From the IMG/VR virus record IMGVR_UViG_3300049217_000117, positions 3,904 to 67,903 of that record: DNA of 64,000 nucleotides; one strand, given 5' to 3'. The position numbers were made by a program, and so were the translations under genes. Position 1 is the stretch's first letter. Every line of letters starts with the position of its first letter. Under the pieces are notes generated by a model. That model did no database searches, was not told the DNA's origin, and saw nothing but the letters and a program-made list of their open reading frames with translations. Shown in pieces: positions 1-10,073 of the stretch. Origin of the DNA: a virus.

Positions 1-308
1 TTGTCGATGAACTCTTGCAGTTCGTTACCCTTCTCGGTCGAATAGTTCGGATCTTCGAGCGTATAGATCGTGTCCAGGATGTACTCCATGTGCTTGGGCT
101 CGTCCTTGTCGAAGTTCTCAAGCAGATCTTCGTAATAGGCCAGGATCACGTCGTGCGGGTCCATCTGGAGAACCAAATGCAAAGGCGTGTGAAACTTCTT
201 TGAGTACTCGCGGCAGATCTGACGGTGGACTGCGACCTCGCTTGACTCAAGCGTGTTCAGTATTGCCTGGGCATGAGCCCATGAAAGGATCTCTGAGTAC
301 TCAATCAT
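1..308 (-). CDS. hypothetical protein, partial (runs off left edge); possibly tail assembly related
   Basis: ATG at 308 overlaps the stop of the upstream ORF (ATGA); reads MIEYSEILSW... Confidence 0.6.
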   Translation of the reverse strand, partial: MIEYSEILSWAHAQAILNTLESSEVAVHRQICREYSKKFHTPLHLVLQMDPHDVILAYYEDLLENFDKDEPKHMEYILDTIYTLEDPNYSTEKGNELQEFID

Positions 309-541
309 TGGATCTTCTTGAACATGGTTTCTAGCTGAGGAGCAACCGCGTGCAAGTCTACCTCTTCAAATGAATCATGTTCCACGAACAAGTGGAGGCA
401 TTGCGTGTATGGATCGAGAGTGAAACCACGCATGCGAGCGCCTTTAGGAATACCTTTCGCTACGCGCCAAGCGGTATCGTCTTGCATAATATGAAAAAAA
501 GCTTCTGGATTTATCAAAACCCTTTTGATTCGAGCCTTCAT
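305..541 (-). CDS. hypothetical protein
   Basis: 78-aa ORF overlapping both neighbours. Confidence 0.65.
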   Translation of the reverse strand: MKARIKRVLINPEAFFHIMQDDTAWRVAKGIPKGARMRGFTLDPYTQCLHLFVEHDSFEEVDLHAVAPQLETMFKKIQ

Positions 542-990
542 AGGCTTTCTCGAAGGTAGAGCAACGCTTTTGAAACAATCTTCTCGTCATCTTTTAAAAA
601 ACCGATACCGGAATTACAAGATCTACAAAGCAGACCTCTGACCTTCCCTGTCACATGGCAATGATCTACGTGTAAAATCTCGGGCAAGTTTTCCTGGTGA
701 GTGCCACATATTTTGCACTTTCCTAGCTGTTGCTCAAAAAGGGCGTCATAGCGTTCCATCGAGATCTTGAATCTGCTCTGTAGAGAACATCGTCTGACGT
801 AATTCGGATCTTCTTTTTTCAGCCTTTTATACCGCTCTGAGGATAGGCGATTTTGGCGTTCCTTGTGCTCGTAGTAGAAGTTATTGTTATATTTCCTTCT
901 GCATTCTAAACACTGCGCACGCTTTTTTACGAAGCTATTCGATTCCTTCTCTTTCCCGCATTTACTACAAATCCTAGTCAGTTGATCCAT
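538..990 (-). CDS. endonuclease VII-family HNH endonuclease
   Basis: CKIC...LHVDHCHVTGKVRGLLCRSCNSGIG motif plus N-terminal CxxC. Confidence 0.85.
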   Translation of the reverse strand: MDQLTRICSKCGKEKESNSFVKKRAQCLECRRKYNNNFYYEHKERQNRLSSERYKRLKKEDPNYVRRCSLQSRFKISMERYDALFEQQLGKCKICGTHQENLPEILHVDHCHVTGKVRGLLCRSCNSGIGFLKDDEKIVSKALLYLRESL

Positions 991-1465
991 TTTTTTCGTC
1001 AGCCTCAAGATCTTCTTCGCTTACACGAATCAATCTTTCTGCGGCCTTCTTAGCCCGCTCAATGGCGTCGGTCCTTTTGCTCTTCGCCTGCGCGGCGTAT
1101 TTCAATTCCGCCTCGACGGCAGCTCTTAAAACTGCGTCGATCACGTTTTCGTCAGGGAGGTCACCAGAAATAGCGGTCTGTTGAAGCGTCGAGGTCCAGA
1201 ACGGCGGAGCCGAAAGAATACGATACTTCAATTGAGCCAAGGAAAACGCTAGGTTATCCTCATGCTTATTGGCCATAGTAGGATTTGCGCCGAGAAGTTC
1301 TCGGTACTCCCTGCCTGCGGCCAGCTTCTCGGAAGGCAAGAGATAGCACTTGAAACGGAACGTACCCAGGTAGGTGCCGTTAATATCGCCATCGAGCTTG
1401 ATGTCCCACCTTGCGGTGTTACCCTCGATGATAATGTCCGATCTTCCAACTTCCTTTTTAGCCAT
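974..1465 (-). CDS. putative tail assembly chaperone
   Basis: Size, composition and context; motif match is weak. Confidence 0.4.
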   Translation of the reverse strand: MAKKEVGRSDIIIEGNTARWDIKLDGDINGTYLGTFRFKCYLLPSEKLAAGREYRELLGANPTMANKHEDNLAFSLAQLKYRILSAPPFWTSTLQQTAISGDLPDENVIDAVLRAAVEAELKYAAQAKSKRTDAIERAKKAAERLIRVSEEDLEADEKNGSTD

Positions 1466-1760
1466 TTGAATTCCCTTGAAAACCAACGGTTTCAATTTCT
1501 TATATCACAGCTGACAGATTGGTCAGCCAAAGGGAGAGATCGGTTTTCGAAAATTTCGCTCGTTTCTATTAGTAGACTTAACTTAAAGTGCCGCAAGCGG
1601 CTGTTGGTCTTGACCTGAAAAGTAATGCTCCTACGGAGTAGTATCATATAAAAAATCAGAAAAATTTGAGAAAAGTCATAAGTTCATGATAGAAAAGGAA
1701 ATAAAAATTTTGACACCTAAAAAAGGCGTGGTATAGTCAATTTGGAAGGTCAGGAACCAT

Positions 1761-2039
1761 ATGGACAAGGCTCTGAACAGCGCTGGCTACGATCTGTACG
1801 AGATCACCAAGGATGAGTGGATTCTCGATACCAACAATGGACCTATCTTCCATGGCACGCTCAAGAAGGTAGCCCTGTATGCTATCAGGAAGCTGGGCTT
1901 CAAGGTGCAGGATTTTGAGATCGCCACCGAGGAGTTGGTTAAGAACCCGACCCATAACGCTGTACATTTCGGAATGTACAAGACTTTTATGTTCACCTTC
2001 AATAGGGATTTCAATGGAAAAACAAGCAAAGTTTCTTGA
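1761..2039 (+). CDS. hypothetical protein
   Basis: AGGA RBS; TTGACA...TGGTATAGT promoter-like sequence upstream (1710-1737). Confidence 0.7.
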   Translation: MDKALNSAGYDLYEITKDEWILDTNNGPIFHGTLKKVALYAIRKLGFKVQDFEIATEELVKNPTHNAVHFGMYKTFMFTFNRDFNGKTSKVS

Positions 2040-2298
2040 GTTGGCCAAGTACTACGAGCAGTTGAAGGAGAAGATCGATGAGGTTAGAACAGAAATGGAT
2101 GGCGTTATGCGCGATCTGGGCATCGGTACTACTTTTCAAGATCCTGACACGCTCACGGTCTACAGGGTTGTCAAGCCGCAGGGTAGGTTCGTCTACTACC
2201 ACGAACTCGACTACGTGCGAACCGCCCAAGAAGGAGAACGCGCCGGTTCTCTATCTAAAAAAGAAGCCGAAGGTCTAGGCTTTGTGCTGAAAAAATAA
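2014..2298 (+). CDS. hypothetical protein
   Basis: MEKQAKF... ORF in an operon-like run. Confidence 0.7.
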   Translation: MEKQAKFLELAKYYEQLKEKIDEVRTEMDGVMRDLGIGTTFQDPDTLTVYRVVKPQGRFVYYHELDYVRTAQEGERAGSLSKKEAEGLGFVLKK

Positions 2299-2311
2299 GG
2301 AAAACATAGTA

Positions 2312-2569
2312 ATGGTCAAGTTCGGCGCTTCTGCTAGGCATGTGCTTTGTGATCGTTGTCGTAAGATTTTGGACACCGACTTCAATTTCCTAACGGATAC
2401 CATCACTTGGGAAACGGTGAAAACCCCTCACAAGGGTCGGCACGACACTCGCAGATCCGACTTCTGTGACGTGAGATGTCGTATTGTTTACTTCAAAGGC
2501 TGGAAGTACCTGGCCAGGAAACATGAATACATCGCCAGAAACTGTGCTCCGAAGGACCAGGAGATATGA
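2312..2569 (+). CDS. hypothetical Zn-finger protein
   Basis: CDRC and CDVRC motifs; AGGA RBS. Confidence 0.6.
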   Translation: MVKFGASARHVLCDRCRKILDTDFNFLTDTITWETVKTPHKGRHDTRRSDFCDVRCRIVYFKGWKYLARKHEYIARNCAPKDQEI

Positions 2570-2748
2570 TACTTAAGGTCGTGAAATCGGTTTGCGGTAA
2601 GTGTGCTTCTGAGAAGGTAACCACGCTTGCTTACGGCAAGGTCTGTGAAGAGTGCAGGCACTTCGAACCCGAAACGCTGGTAGACCCCAAGAAGGAAGTC
2701 TTGAGGGCAAGCCTGCAAATAATGAGGCAAAAATGCAAGGACTCTTAA
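2566..2748 (+). CDS. small Zn-ribbon protein
   Basis: CGKC and CEEC; GGAG RBS. Confidence 0.55.
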   Translation: MILKVVKSVCGKCASEKVTTLAYGKVCEECRHFEPETLVDPKKEVLRASLQIMRQKCKDS

Positions 2749-2984
2749 TTTTAACGGTGATCAGCTACGGAACCGAGAAAGGTGATAGCTGGCGTGTGAC
2801 CTATCAGCCGACAAACATCGTATCCCTCTGGTCCTACGAAAGACTCGTGGAGCGGCAGGGAATGAGCCTCCATCAGGTCATCGTAAAAACAACAGAGCAT
2901 GATGAGGAAGTCTACGTGAGCGGCGAAGACCTGCGTAAGCTTGAGGACGCCGTGGGCTGCTACGGGATGAGTGAAGAAGGTTAG
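2733..2984 (+). CDS. hypothetical protein
   Basis: GAGG RBS; MQGLLILTV... Confidence 0.55.
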   Translation: MQGLLILTVISYGTEKGDSWRVTYQPTNIVSLWSYERLVERQGMSLHQVIVKTTEHDEEVYVSGEDLRKLEDAVGCYGMSEEG

Positions 2985-3352
2985 CTCTTATCTCTGACCA
3001 TTTCAGTCAGGAGTTGAACTAGCTGACCATGTTGGTTGCGTAGCTCTGACCTAAGTTCTTCGATCTTTTGACCTAAGTTCTTGATCTCGTTGTTGTAGGT
3101 CTCTTTCAGGTGACTGATGTCCTTTTCAACACTGGTCTCTAGGTTCTTTACCTTCAGCTCAAGATCGTGGTATTTGGCTTCCATCTTTAGGCGCATGGAG
3201 GCATCGGCTTCCTTAGCCTCCTGAATGATCTCAGCTGCCTGTTCTTTCTTGGTTTTTTCGGCATCGCGGGCGATTTTTTTGATCGTAAGCCACGCAGTAC
3301 CGACGGTGGTAATAGCTACGGCTAGCGGCATCAGATTGGTGTAGTCGGTCAT
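2981..3352 (-). CDS. membrane-anchored coiled-coil protein (possibly lysis related)
   Basis: N-terminal hydrophobic helix, heptad-rich remainder, GAGGA RBS. Confidence 0.6.
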   Translation of the reverse strand: MTDYTNLMPLAVAITTVGTAWLTIKKIARDAEKTKKEQAAEIIQEAKEADASMRLKMEAKYHDLELKVKNLETSVEKDISHLKETYNNEIKNLGQKIEELRSELRNQHGQLVQLLTEMVRDKS

Positions 3353-3442
3353 GGTCCGGTATTCCTCTTGGATTCTATTTAAGATTGCCGCAAAAATACG
3401 ATTGGATTTTTGCGAAATCCGTATAATACTAGTCTTTAATAC

Positions 3443-4153
3443 ATGAAAAAATGCAAAGACTGTGAAGAATACAAGTCAGAGGAACTATTCGGAAAAAATT
3501 CCGCTATGGCCGACGGGCTTGGCTTCTATTGCAAGCCCTGTAAAAAGAAGAGAGATAGGCGCGATTATCAAAAACACAGAGAGGTAAGGTTGAAATCTGT
3601 TGCTAATTATAGGCTAGAAAATCCAGAAAAAGTAAAAGAATCCAAGAAAAAAGAGTATATAACCAATAAAGACAAGTATATAACCAATAAAGACAAGTAT
3701 ATAACCAATAAAGACAAGTATTTAAACAGAAGCAAGACTTATTACGAAGCCAATAGAACGCGAGTGCTTGCTGAGAATAAGGCTAAACGTGAATCGGACC
3801 CCGATTACTATAAGGGCCGGTATAGGTACGTGAAAACCAAGAGCGCTCAAGATCCTGGTTTCAGGGCCATATTAAATACCAGGCAGAGGGTGGCCCAGTT
3901 TATGGGATCAAAACCGATTAAATACTCCAAGAAATTAGGATGTTCTAAAGAACAGTTTATGTTGCACATTGAATCCCTGTTTCAGCCTGGAATGACTTGG
4001 GAAAATTATGGAGAATGGGAAATAGATCACAAATACCCTCTTTCTGTGGCTTACGAAGAAGGACCAGAGCCTTTTAGGAAAGCCTGTCTTTATATGAATT
4101 TACAGCCATTATGGTTGGAACAAAATAGAAAGAAAAGCAATAAAATCTCGTGA
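3443..4153 (+). CDS. HNH-type homing endonuclease (FQPGMTWENYG family)
   Basis: N-terminal CxxC..CxxC; C-terminal FQPGMTWENYGEWEIDH...NLQPLW. Confidence 0.8.
   Translation: MKKCKDCEEYKSEELFGKNSAMADGLGFYCKPCKKKRDRRDYQKHREVRLKSVANYRLENPEKVKESKKKEYITNKDKYITNKDKYITNKDKYLNRSKTYYEANRTRVLAENKAKRESDPDYYKGRYRYVKTKSAQDPGFRAILNTRQRVAQFMGSKPIKYSKKLGCSKEQFMLHIESLFQPGMTWENYGEWEIDHKYPLSVAYEEGPEPFRKACLYMNLQPLWLEQNRKKSNKIS
3653..3721 (+). repeat. 21-bp tandem repeat x3 encoding (K/E)YITNKD
   Basis: AGTATATAACCAATAAAGACA repeated three times in frame. Confidence 0.95.
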
Positions 4154-4173
4154 TATAAGGGGTATGAGGTCGC

Positions 4174-4464
4174 ATGAAACAAAAACTCGTAGATTTTTTC
4201 AATTTGCTTTTTGGTCTAAGAAAGTTCATCGCCTGGCTAGCCGTATTTATAGTAGGCGTCATCTTCAGGATTACCTCGCAGATAGACGGCGGCCAGTTCG
4301 TGGACCTCATGAAGTCTACCTTCCTGGCGTTTGTTGCGGCTAACGGCGCAGAGCACCTGCTCACCACCGTCAAAGAATATATCGGCAAGAAAGGGATTCC
4401 TACGAGCGTAATTCCGGTTCCCAGCGTTCCCAACGACAATTTAGTACCAACGGACAACTCATAG
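4174..4464 (+). CDS. putative holin
   Basis: Two hydrophobic segments, RKF motif before TM1, neighbouring membrane proteins. Confidence 0.5.
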   Translation: MKQKLVDFFNLLFGLRKFIAWLAVFIVGVIFRITSQIDGGQFVDLMKSTFLAFVAANGAEHLLTTVKEYIGKKGIPTSVIPVPSVPNDNLVPTDNS

Positions 4465-4498
4465 TCTTAAAGCCCCGCCACGGGCAAACAGGAGCCTT

Positions 4499-4852
4499 AT
4501 GGCAGACGAACAGATACCAACTCAGACCCCAGCGCCCGCGCCCCCTGTTGCTCCGGCTACGCCTAGCTTTCAAGATAAGCTAAAGATGGATGCCAAGAGC
4601 CTTTGGAACGACCACAAGCTATTTTTCATCGTTTTTGGTGTTTTGGTGCTCATTGTCAAATTCAGGGACATCCTGATCGACATCTTGGTCAGCAGCTCAA
4701 AAAGCACCATGGAAGATGCCAAGAAGGAAGATGCGAAGCTTTCCACCCAAGAGAACCAGGCAAAGGCGGATGCCGACAAAGCCGTTCAGGACGCGAAAGA
4801 TGAGCCAGCCAAGCAGACCCCGGTGACCGATGATTGGTTCAAGAAGAGTTAG
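4499..4852 (+). CDS. single-TM coiled-coil protein (spanin-like)
   Basis: One TM helix then charged helical tail; GGAG RBS. Confidence 0.45.
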   Translation: MADEQIPTQTPAPAPPVAPATPSFQDKLKMDAKSLWNDHKLFFIVFGVLVLIVKFRDILIDILVSSSKSTMEDAKKEDAKLSTQENQAKADADKAVQDAKDEPAKQTPVTDDWFKKS

Positions 4853-4973
4853 GCGTCTGATCTTAGCCATCGCCGTAATACTATGTATTACGTCTGCGGT
4901 GAGAAGGATCGACAGCCTGCATCACAGATTTAAGACCCTAGAGGAGCTTATCAAGCATGAGAAAAGTCGTTAG
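4830..4973 (+). CDS. small membrane protein (47 aa)
   Basis: MIGSRRVRRLILAIAVILCITSAV...; fills the gap between two lysis-like genes. Confidence 0.4.
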   Translation: MIGSRRVRRLILAIAVILCITSAVRRIDSLHHRFKTLEELIKHEKSR

Positions 4974-5346
4974 CCTGATCGTTGGAATTTGCCTGTTGTC
5001 CCAAGCCGCGTTCGCAGATTGTGACTTCTCAAAAGGCATCACGCCCGGACCCAACAAGACCTTCGTTTACTCCGAAGAGTGCCATCTCAAGGTTGGACAG
5101 TTGATCCAAGACAACGCCACTAAGGATGCACAGATCGCAGATCTAGGAAAAGCGATCGAACTGAAAGATTTGGCCCTTACTAAATCAGATGCGCGAGCAA
5201 CGCTGTGGATGGACAGAAGCCAAAAGCTTGAGGACCGCGTGTTGAAAATAGACGAGCTTCAGAGCAAGAACAACCTGCTCTACTATGGCCTGGGTATCTT
5301 GACCGTGTTCGCCGCTGGATACTTGGTCAGAGCGGCCTACCACTAG
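4957..5346 (+). CDS. exported coiled-coil protein with C-terminal TM (lysis/spanin-like)
   Basis: Signal peptide ending AFA, coiled coil, C-terminal hydrophobic helix. Confidence 0.5.
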   Translation: MRKVVSLIVGICLLSQAAFADCDFSKGITPGPNKTFVYSEECHLKVGQLIQDNATKDAQIADLGKAIELKDLALTKSDARATLWMDRSQKLEDRVLKIDELQSKNNLLYYGLGILTVFAAGYLVRAAYH

Positions 5347-5879
5347 TCTTTCTTTTCTATCAGCTCGAACAGATGCGGATTGGCTTTGACGATCTCGTAG
5401 ATGTCTTGTGCCGTGATGGAATTCTTTCCAAAGCCCTGAAAGAGAATCTGTAGAGACAGACCCTCGATGTAGAAATCGCTGAGTCCAGCGCAGACTTCAT
5501 CTTTCTGACTCCAGTTATCCTGGCCCTTGATGTCTTTGCCGAACCATCTATTGATGCTGCGCCAAATGAACCACGGATACTCCAAGTAGCCATATGGCAT
5601 CTCAAGCCTTTCTAGGCACTTCAAGATCGCTTGATCAATGGTGTCCTGATCCACCTTGACTCGATACATTTCGTACTTTTGGTTTGGGTTATTCCTGTAA
5701 GCCGGATCAAACATGACAGGTTGAGTGCCACCTTGAGCGGCCTCTAGCGCCATCTCTTTGCCGAGCACAGGAGGCATCGTGACGAAGGTATGAGACCATT
5801 GAGAGTTGGTGAACCAAGCTATGGCCTTGGCGATCCATTCGTTCTTTGAGTAAGCGAAACAAACGTGTCCGTATTCCAT
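5343..5879 (-). CDS. permuted papain-like amidase (NlpC/P60 YaeF/YiiX-like)
   Basis: His (WSHTF) precedes Cys (EVCAGL); ALEA and PYGY motifs. Confidence 0.7.
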   Translation of the reverse strand: MEYGHVCFAYSKNEWIAKAIAWFTNSQWSHTFVTMPPVLGKEMALEAAQGGTQPVMFDPAYRNNPNQKYEMYRVKVDQDTIDQAILKCLERLEMPYGYLEYPWFIWRSINRWFGKDIKGQDNWSQKDEVCAGLSDFYIEGLSLQILFQGFGKNSITAQDIYEIVKANPHLFELIEKKD

Positions 5880-6559
5880 TAGGATTCCTTTTTGCCCCAT
5901 TCGAGGTTGACGTAAAATGTGCCCGTAGTAACTCCACCGCCCTTCTTTGCTGTGATCATAATGTAATAGCCCGCTGGCGCAAATCCGTAACCGCCGATGG
6001 CTTCTGCCTTGATCTCGCCTTTGTTAGGAGGGATAAACCATCCTTGATTACCTGAAGCTAGATCGTCATCCGTATAAGAGCCAACGACGAAGTCCACTCC
6101 TTGTCCGAGCATGTTGTCGTGATCTACAAATCTAACGCTGGTGATGATGTCTCCCGGAGTGGCAACGTCAAAAAACGCCAAGCCGCTAGAAACCCATCTT
6201 CCGTCCTGAGTGACATCGCCTGCTGGATTGGGCGTGCCGGGTATCTTAAGCATCAGAGCGACGGTGCCATCCAAGCCCACTGGCCCCGACATGTTGGCAA
6301 GTTTGATCGTCTTATCTCTTTTCTCGAACTGAGTTACGACTTCAGCCACGTGATTTGGTTGCGGTATTGGAGCGTAATTATCAACTATGCTATTTAGCAA
6401 CGTTTGATCGCCAGAAGACAGAGCATCCTTGAACCAAATGTCGGTTTCGCTACCCACAACATCGACGTGATCTAGCGCCGTGATGATAGCACTGTTCTCA
6501 ATCAGAGTAGTGATGCTTACGATGTCCATCTGTTTTTGAAAAACGTATTCAGTAATCAT
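5879..6559 (-). CDS. virion structural protein (tail/fibre associated)
   Basis: In late operon; N-terminus paralogous to 6559-7149 (ITTALDH..D...L..IV). Confidence 0.55.
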   Translation of the reverse strand: MITEYVFQKQMDIVSITTLIENSAIITALDHVDVVGSETDIWFKDALSSGDQTLLNSIVDNYAPIPQPNHVAEVVTQFEKRDKTIKLANMSGPVGLDGTVALMLKIPGTPNPAGDVTQDGRWVSSGLAFFDVATPGDIITSVRFVDHDNMLGQGVDFVVGSYTDDDLASGNQGWFIPPNKGEIKAEAIGGYGFAPAGYYIMITAKKGGGVTTGTFYVNLEWGKKES

Positions 6560-7149
6560 TATTTCACCTTCAAGATATCCATGACGCGATTGGCGCAAGA
6601 GATGGTGTTGCCAGCTCCATTGGTTTTCCACCTAACGTCTAATTTCTTATTTGCTCCTACGACCACGCTGATGTTAAAACTCATTCCAAAAGGATTGGAA
6701 GGCATGAATCCGCTGGTACTCGAATCCTGTGTGATTTCTGAACCAGTCACTTGGACGCCGTCGTTGAATAGCGAAATTAGAATCCCAGGCTGAGATAATA
6801 GCGGCGCATCGCTGCTGAATGTACCAGAAAAAGTGATAAGATACGTACCCGCCAAAAGGGGCGGCGATGTCATTCCGTTGAGTACGACGTAATTGCCGCT
6901 GTTGGTGCTCGTGTTTCCTACGACCAAGACTTCATTGAAGTCCACCGAGAGAGCATTTCCGCTGTGGTTGGCGACAATGAAATCTAAAGTAATCTTATCA
7001 TTTGCCGAAAGATCTGAGGAGAAAAAAATAGCTAACGCCGTCCCGAAAAGATCTATGTGATCCAGGGCCGTTGTGATGTTGCTGGTTTGGATTTCTTGTT
7101 GTAATCTTGCCACGTCGCAAGGCGTCTTGGTGTAATCGTATTCGGTCAT
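6559..7149 (-). CDS. virion structural protein
   Basis: Beta-rich, S/T/G/N-rich, in late operon. Confidence 0.55.
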   Translation of the reverse strand: MTEYDYTKTPCDVARLQQEIQTSNITTALDHIDLFGTALAIFFSSDLSANDKITLDFIVANHSGNALSVDFNEVLVVGNTSTNSGNYVVLNGMTSPPLLAGTYLITFSGTFSSDAPLLSQPGILISLFNDGVQVTGSEITQDSSTSGFMPSNPFGMSFNISVVVGANKKLDVRWKTNGAGNTISCANRVMDILKVK

Positions 7150-7150
7150 A

Positions 7151-7954
7151 TTATGTACCCAACCTGATTAAAAGAAGACTTCTCTGTCCAACCGTTATGC
7201 TGTTGCCGTTCGGATTAACCTCAACCTGACACGCCGTCGCCCCGTCAAACTGCGCAATGGTCATGGTGCTATTTTGGAAAATGTGCGAGCCACTAGTGGA
7301 TAGATTTGTTCGTTTAGAATCCGTAATTGCGCTTGCCCCTTTGTAAAGGGTTACGTCCAATTGTTGACCAGATCCCGTCGCCGTATTTTGAGCGTTGTAC
7401 CAAATAGCATACGTGCCTGCCTGTGGCGTTACGGTCATGCCCGTGATCAAAGTGTCTACGTTAGCAGAGCTTGTGAAGTTCGTGCTGGACACGATGTTAT
7501 AGCTGACGACGCCAGAGGCTACGTTGTAGCTTGTCTGCCACCAAATCCACGTACCGGCAGCAGTTACGTTGAGCTGAAGAGTTATAAAGCCGATAGAATT
7601 TTGGCCAAGTTTGAATAACAAAGTGCCGGAGCCATCGTTGACATTTACGACTTGGTTGCTTGTGTTTATTATTTGATAGTACGCACTCAAGGACAATGTC
7701 GTCGCGCTAGGCAATTGCACGGTATAGTTGGTGCCAGTGCCAGTCAGGAATTGCAGATTAAGATCGGAAACGGTCAGAGTCAGAGTGCCATTGTTGGATG
7801 TAGCCTGGGTTCTAGAGTCGTAGATGGTGTGATCTCTTAGCTCCTCAAGTGCAGTTTGAACATCGCTGCCCACATACCCCTTGCTCGTCGAATTATCGAA
7901 CGGAGTAGAAGAAGCAACCTGAGTAGAAGAGATATATGGTCCGTTGCTAGCCAT
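7151..7954 (-). CDS. tail fibre-like structural protein
   Basis: T/S/N/G-rich; VQTALEEL fibre-type motif. Confidence 0.55.
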   Translation of the reverse strand: MASNGPYISSTQVASSTPFDNSTSKGYVGSDVQTALEELRDHTIYDSRTQATSNNGTLTLTVSDLNLQFLTGTGTNYTVQLPSATTLSLSAYYQIINTSNQVVNVNDGSGTLLFKLGQNSIGFITLQLNVTAAGTWIWWQTSYNVASGVVSYNIVSSTNFTSSANVDTLITGMTVTPQAGTYAIWYNAQNTATGSGQQLDVTLYKGASAITDSKRTNLSTSGSHIFQNSTMTIAQFDGATACQVEVNPNGNSITVGQRSLLLIRLGT

Positions 7955-8919
7955 TACGAGCCCTCTGCTATGCGACAGTCAGTAGTCGAACCAGCGATCA
8001 CATAAATGTGGACATTGTCCGTGGCGGCGATCGTCATGGTTTGGTTTTTGAAAATAGGAGTGCCACTAGAAGTCGTCACCGTATTTGCAAACCCCCAATA
8101 GATCGTTCCATTGGTGGGAGTCAAACTGATGAACTTTCTGTTGACCAAAATGGTAGCAGCACCTAGAGCTTCTGCGGCACTGGTCGTCACGGATTGCGCT
8201 CTGTTTTGGCCAGAAGTATTGATTACATCTCTAACCTGAAGCTGATTATTGTTTGAATTGATGGCATTGCCAGCGTTGTCTTGAAGCTGTGCCTTTACGA
8301 CGCTCGTGTTGGCCAATGGAGCTATGATGAGACGACCGGAAGAATCTAACTGAAACGCAGACTGCTGTGTGTTTGTAAGGGTCGGAAGTGCAGTGTTGAA
8401 TTGACCGCCAATCAACATAGACTTGCTTGCTACCGCTCCAGGAGCAACCGGACCATCGGCGGCGTCTGTGGTCAGCCATGCTGTCGCTCCAGCTGCGCCT
8501 TGATTCGCATGAACTCTGAGAGTCTGAGCGCCCGTTGCTCCACTGTTGAAGTCTGCGGCCCCAGTAGCATTACCAACCTGAGCGGCTGTACGCAGGGTCG
8601 TTGCGCCTACGGTACCGTAGTTATGATCTTCTGCAAGAGCGCCCTGCGTTGTCGGAGCGATTATTAGGCGACCGTTTGAGTCAACCTGAACAGAAGCCTG
8701 CTGACCATTGGTCAGAGTCGGCAGAGCCGTGTTGAATTGTCCGCCAATCAGCGCGGAGGCGGAGGCAACCGTGCCTGGCGTGACAGGACCATCTGAGTAG
8801 TCCTTGACGAGCATGTTGCCGTTGGCGTCAGCGGAAACATAATTCACGCCGTTGCCAGTGGAGTCCTGTCCGGCGATCTTTACTTCGGCTGTTCTGTCTA
8901 TATAACCTAGATCACCCAT
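7954..8919 (-). CDS. repeat-containing fibre-like virion protein
   Basis: IGGQFNTALPTLT and QVGNATGAADFN motifs shared with 8997-10070. Confidence 0.6.
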   Translation of the reverse strand: MGDLGYIDRTAEVKIAGQDSTGNGVNYVSADANGNMLVKDYSDGPVTPGTVASASALIGGQFNTALPTLTNGQQASVQVDSNGRLIIAPTTQGALAEDHNYGTVGATTLRTAAQVGNATGAADFNSGATGAQTLRVHANQGAAGATAWLTTDAADGPVAPGAVASKSMLIGGQFNTALPTLTNTQQSAFQLDSSGRLIIAPLANTSVVKAQLQDNAGNAINSNNNQLQVRDVINTSGQNRAQSVTTSAAEALGAATILVNRKFISLTPTNGTIYWGFANTVTTSSGTPIFKNQTMTIAATDNVHIYVIAGSTTDCRIAEGS

Positions 8920-8932
8920 GTGCGTCCTATAT

Positions 8933-8970
8933 TATAAAGGGGCTATGCTTTTGACATATCCCCTTATTTT
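8933..8970. terminator. stem-loop, possible terminator or processing signal
   Basis: AAGGGGCTATG...CATATCCCCTT inverted repeat. Confidence 0.5.
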
Positions 8971-8996
8971 ATTCCTTATTTTGGGAACAGCCTTTA

Positions 8997-10070
8997 TTAG
9001 ACTTCTGTACCGGAGATGGTAGAGTACACGTCCATGGCCTTTTTGTCTTCGTTCGTGCGAATGACCCTGATAGCAGAGCCTGTGCCGCTTTCCAGGAAGA
9101 CAAGCTCATCGAGATCGATGGAGATGTTCGGAGCGGCGGTGGAATTGAATCCGACCCATAAGGTGCTAAAGGCCACGCCATCAGCCGAAATTTGCACTTC
9201 GATTTTGAGTGCGCCAGATGCGCTAGCCCAAATTTTCTTGCCGTTGAAAGTCTTGAGAGCCGTAATGGTGTAGGTGTGGTTACTGGTTGCTCCAGCTGCT
9301 ACTGCCGCAACGGTATTGTAGTTGTTGACCGAGGTACCAACCAATGCGCTCGTGATCGTAACCGGGACCGGGTTCGTGCCAGAAACGTTTGCTCCGCCAA
9401 CCGCAAGGTTTGCGGCAACTCGAAGCGTCTGAGCGCCCGTTGCGCCGTTGTTGAAGTCGGCTGCGCCAGTAGCGTTACCGATCTGGGAGGCGACTCGCAA
9501 ACTTTGAGCGCCGATAGCGCCATAGCTGAAGTCGGCTGCGCCAGTAGCGTTACCGATCTGGGCAGCGGCACGAAGGGTCTGCGCACTAGCAGCGCCGAAG
9601 TTGAAGTCGGCTGCGCCAGTGGCATTGCCGATTTGAGCTGCGGTTCGGATAGTGTTTGCGCCAACAGTCCCGTAGTTCGTATCAACGGTGACAGGCAAAT
9701 TGGAGACGTGAACCAGGAGGCGTCCCGAGCTGTCAAGCTGGACAGCAGCCTGTTGTCCAGTGGTCAGAGTCGGAAGAACAGTGTTGAACTGGCCACCGAT
9801 AAGGTCAGAGAAATTTGCGGCGGTGCCGGGGGAAACCGGACCAGCACTCTGACTGTTGACCTGAAGGGCCTGGACACCGCCATTGGTCAGTGTAGTAACC
9901 GCAGAGCCCGCAGCGTCTTTAATAATACTGGACTGGCTACCGAAGGTGTCCACCGACGCCTGCTGCGTGGTGGGATTGGTAGCGTCACCTAACTTGATAA
10001 TCGCGTCTTCGTAAACCGCCTGGCCAGTTAATTCTGTTCTGATTGGTAGTGCTGAATTGAAATCACTCAT
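8997..10070 (-). CDS. repeat-containing fibre-like virion protein
   Basis: About four 22-aa repeats (QIGNATGAADF.YG..GAQTLR). Confidence 0.65.
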   Translation of the reverse strand: MSDFNSALPIRTELTGQAVYEDAIIKLGDATNPTTQQASVDTFGSQSSIIKDAAGSAVTTLTNGGVQALQVNSQSAGPVSPGTAANFSDLIGGQFNTVLPTLTTGQQAAVQLDSSGRLLVHVSNLPVTVDTNYGTVGANTIRTAAQIGNATGAADFNFGAASAQTLRAAAQIGNATGAADFSYGAIGAQSLRVASQIGNATGAADFNNGATGAQTLRVAANLAVGGANVSGTNPVPVTITSALVGTSVNNYNTVAAVAAGATSNHTYTITALKTFNGKKIWASASGALKIEVQISADGVAFSTLWVGFNSTAAPNISIDLDELVFLESGTGSAIRVIRTNEDKKAMDVYSTISGTEV

Positions 10071-10073
10071 TGA

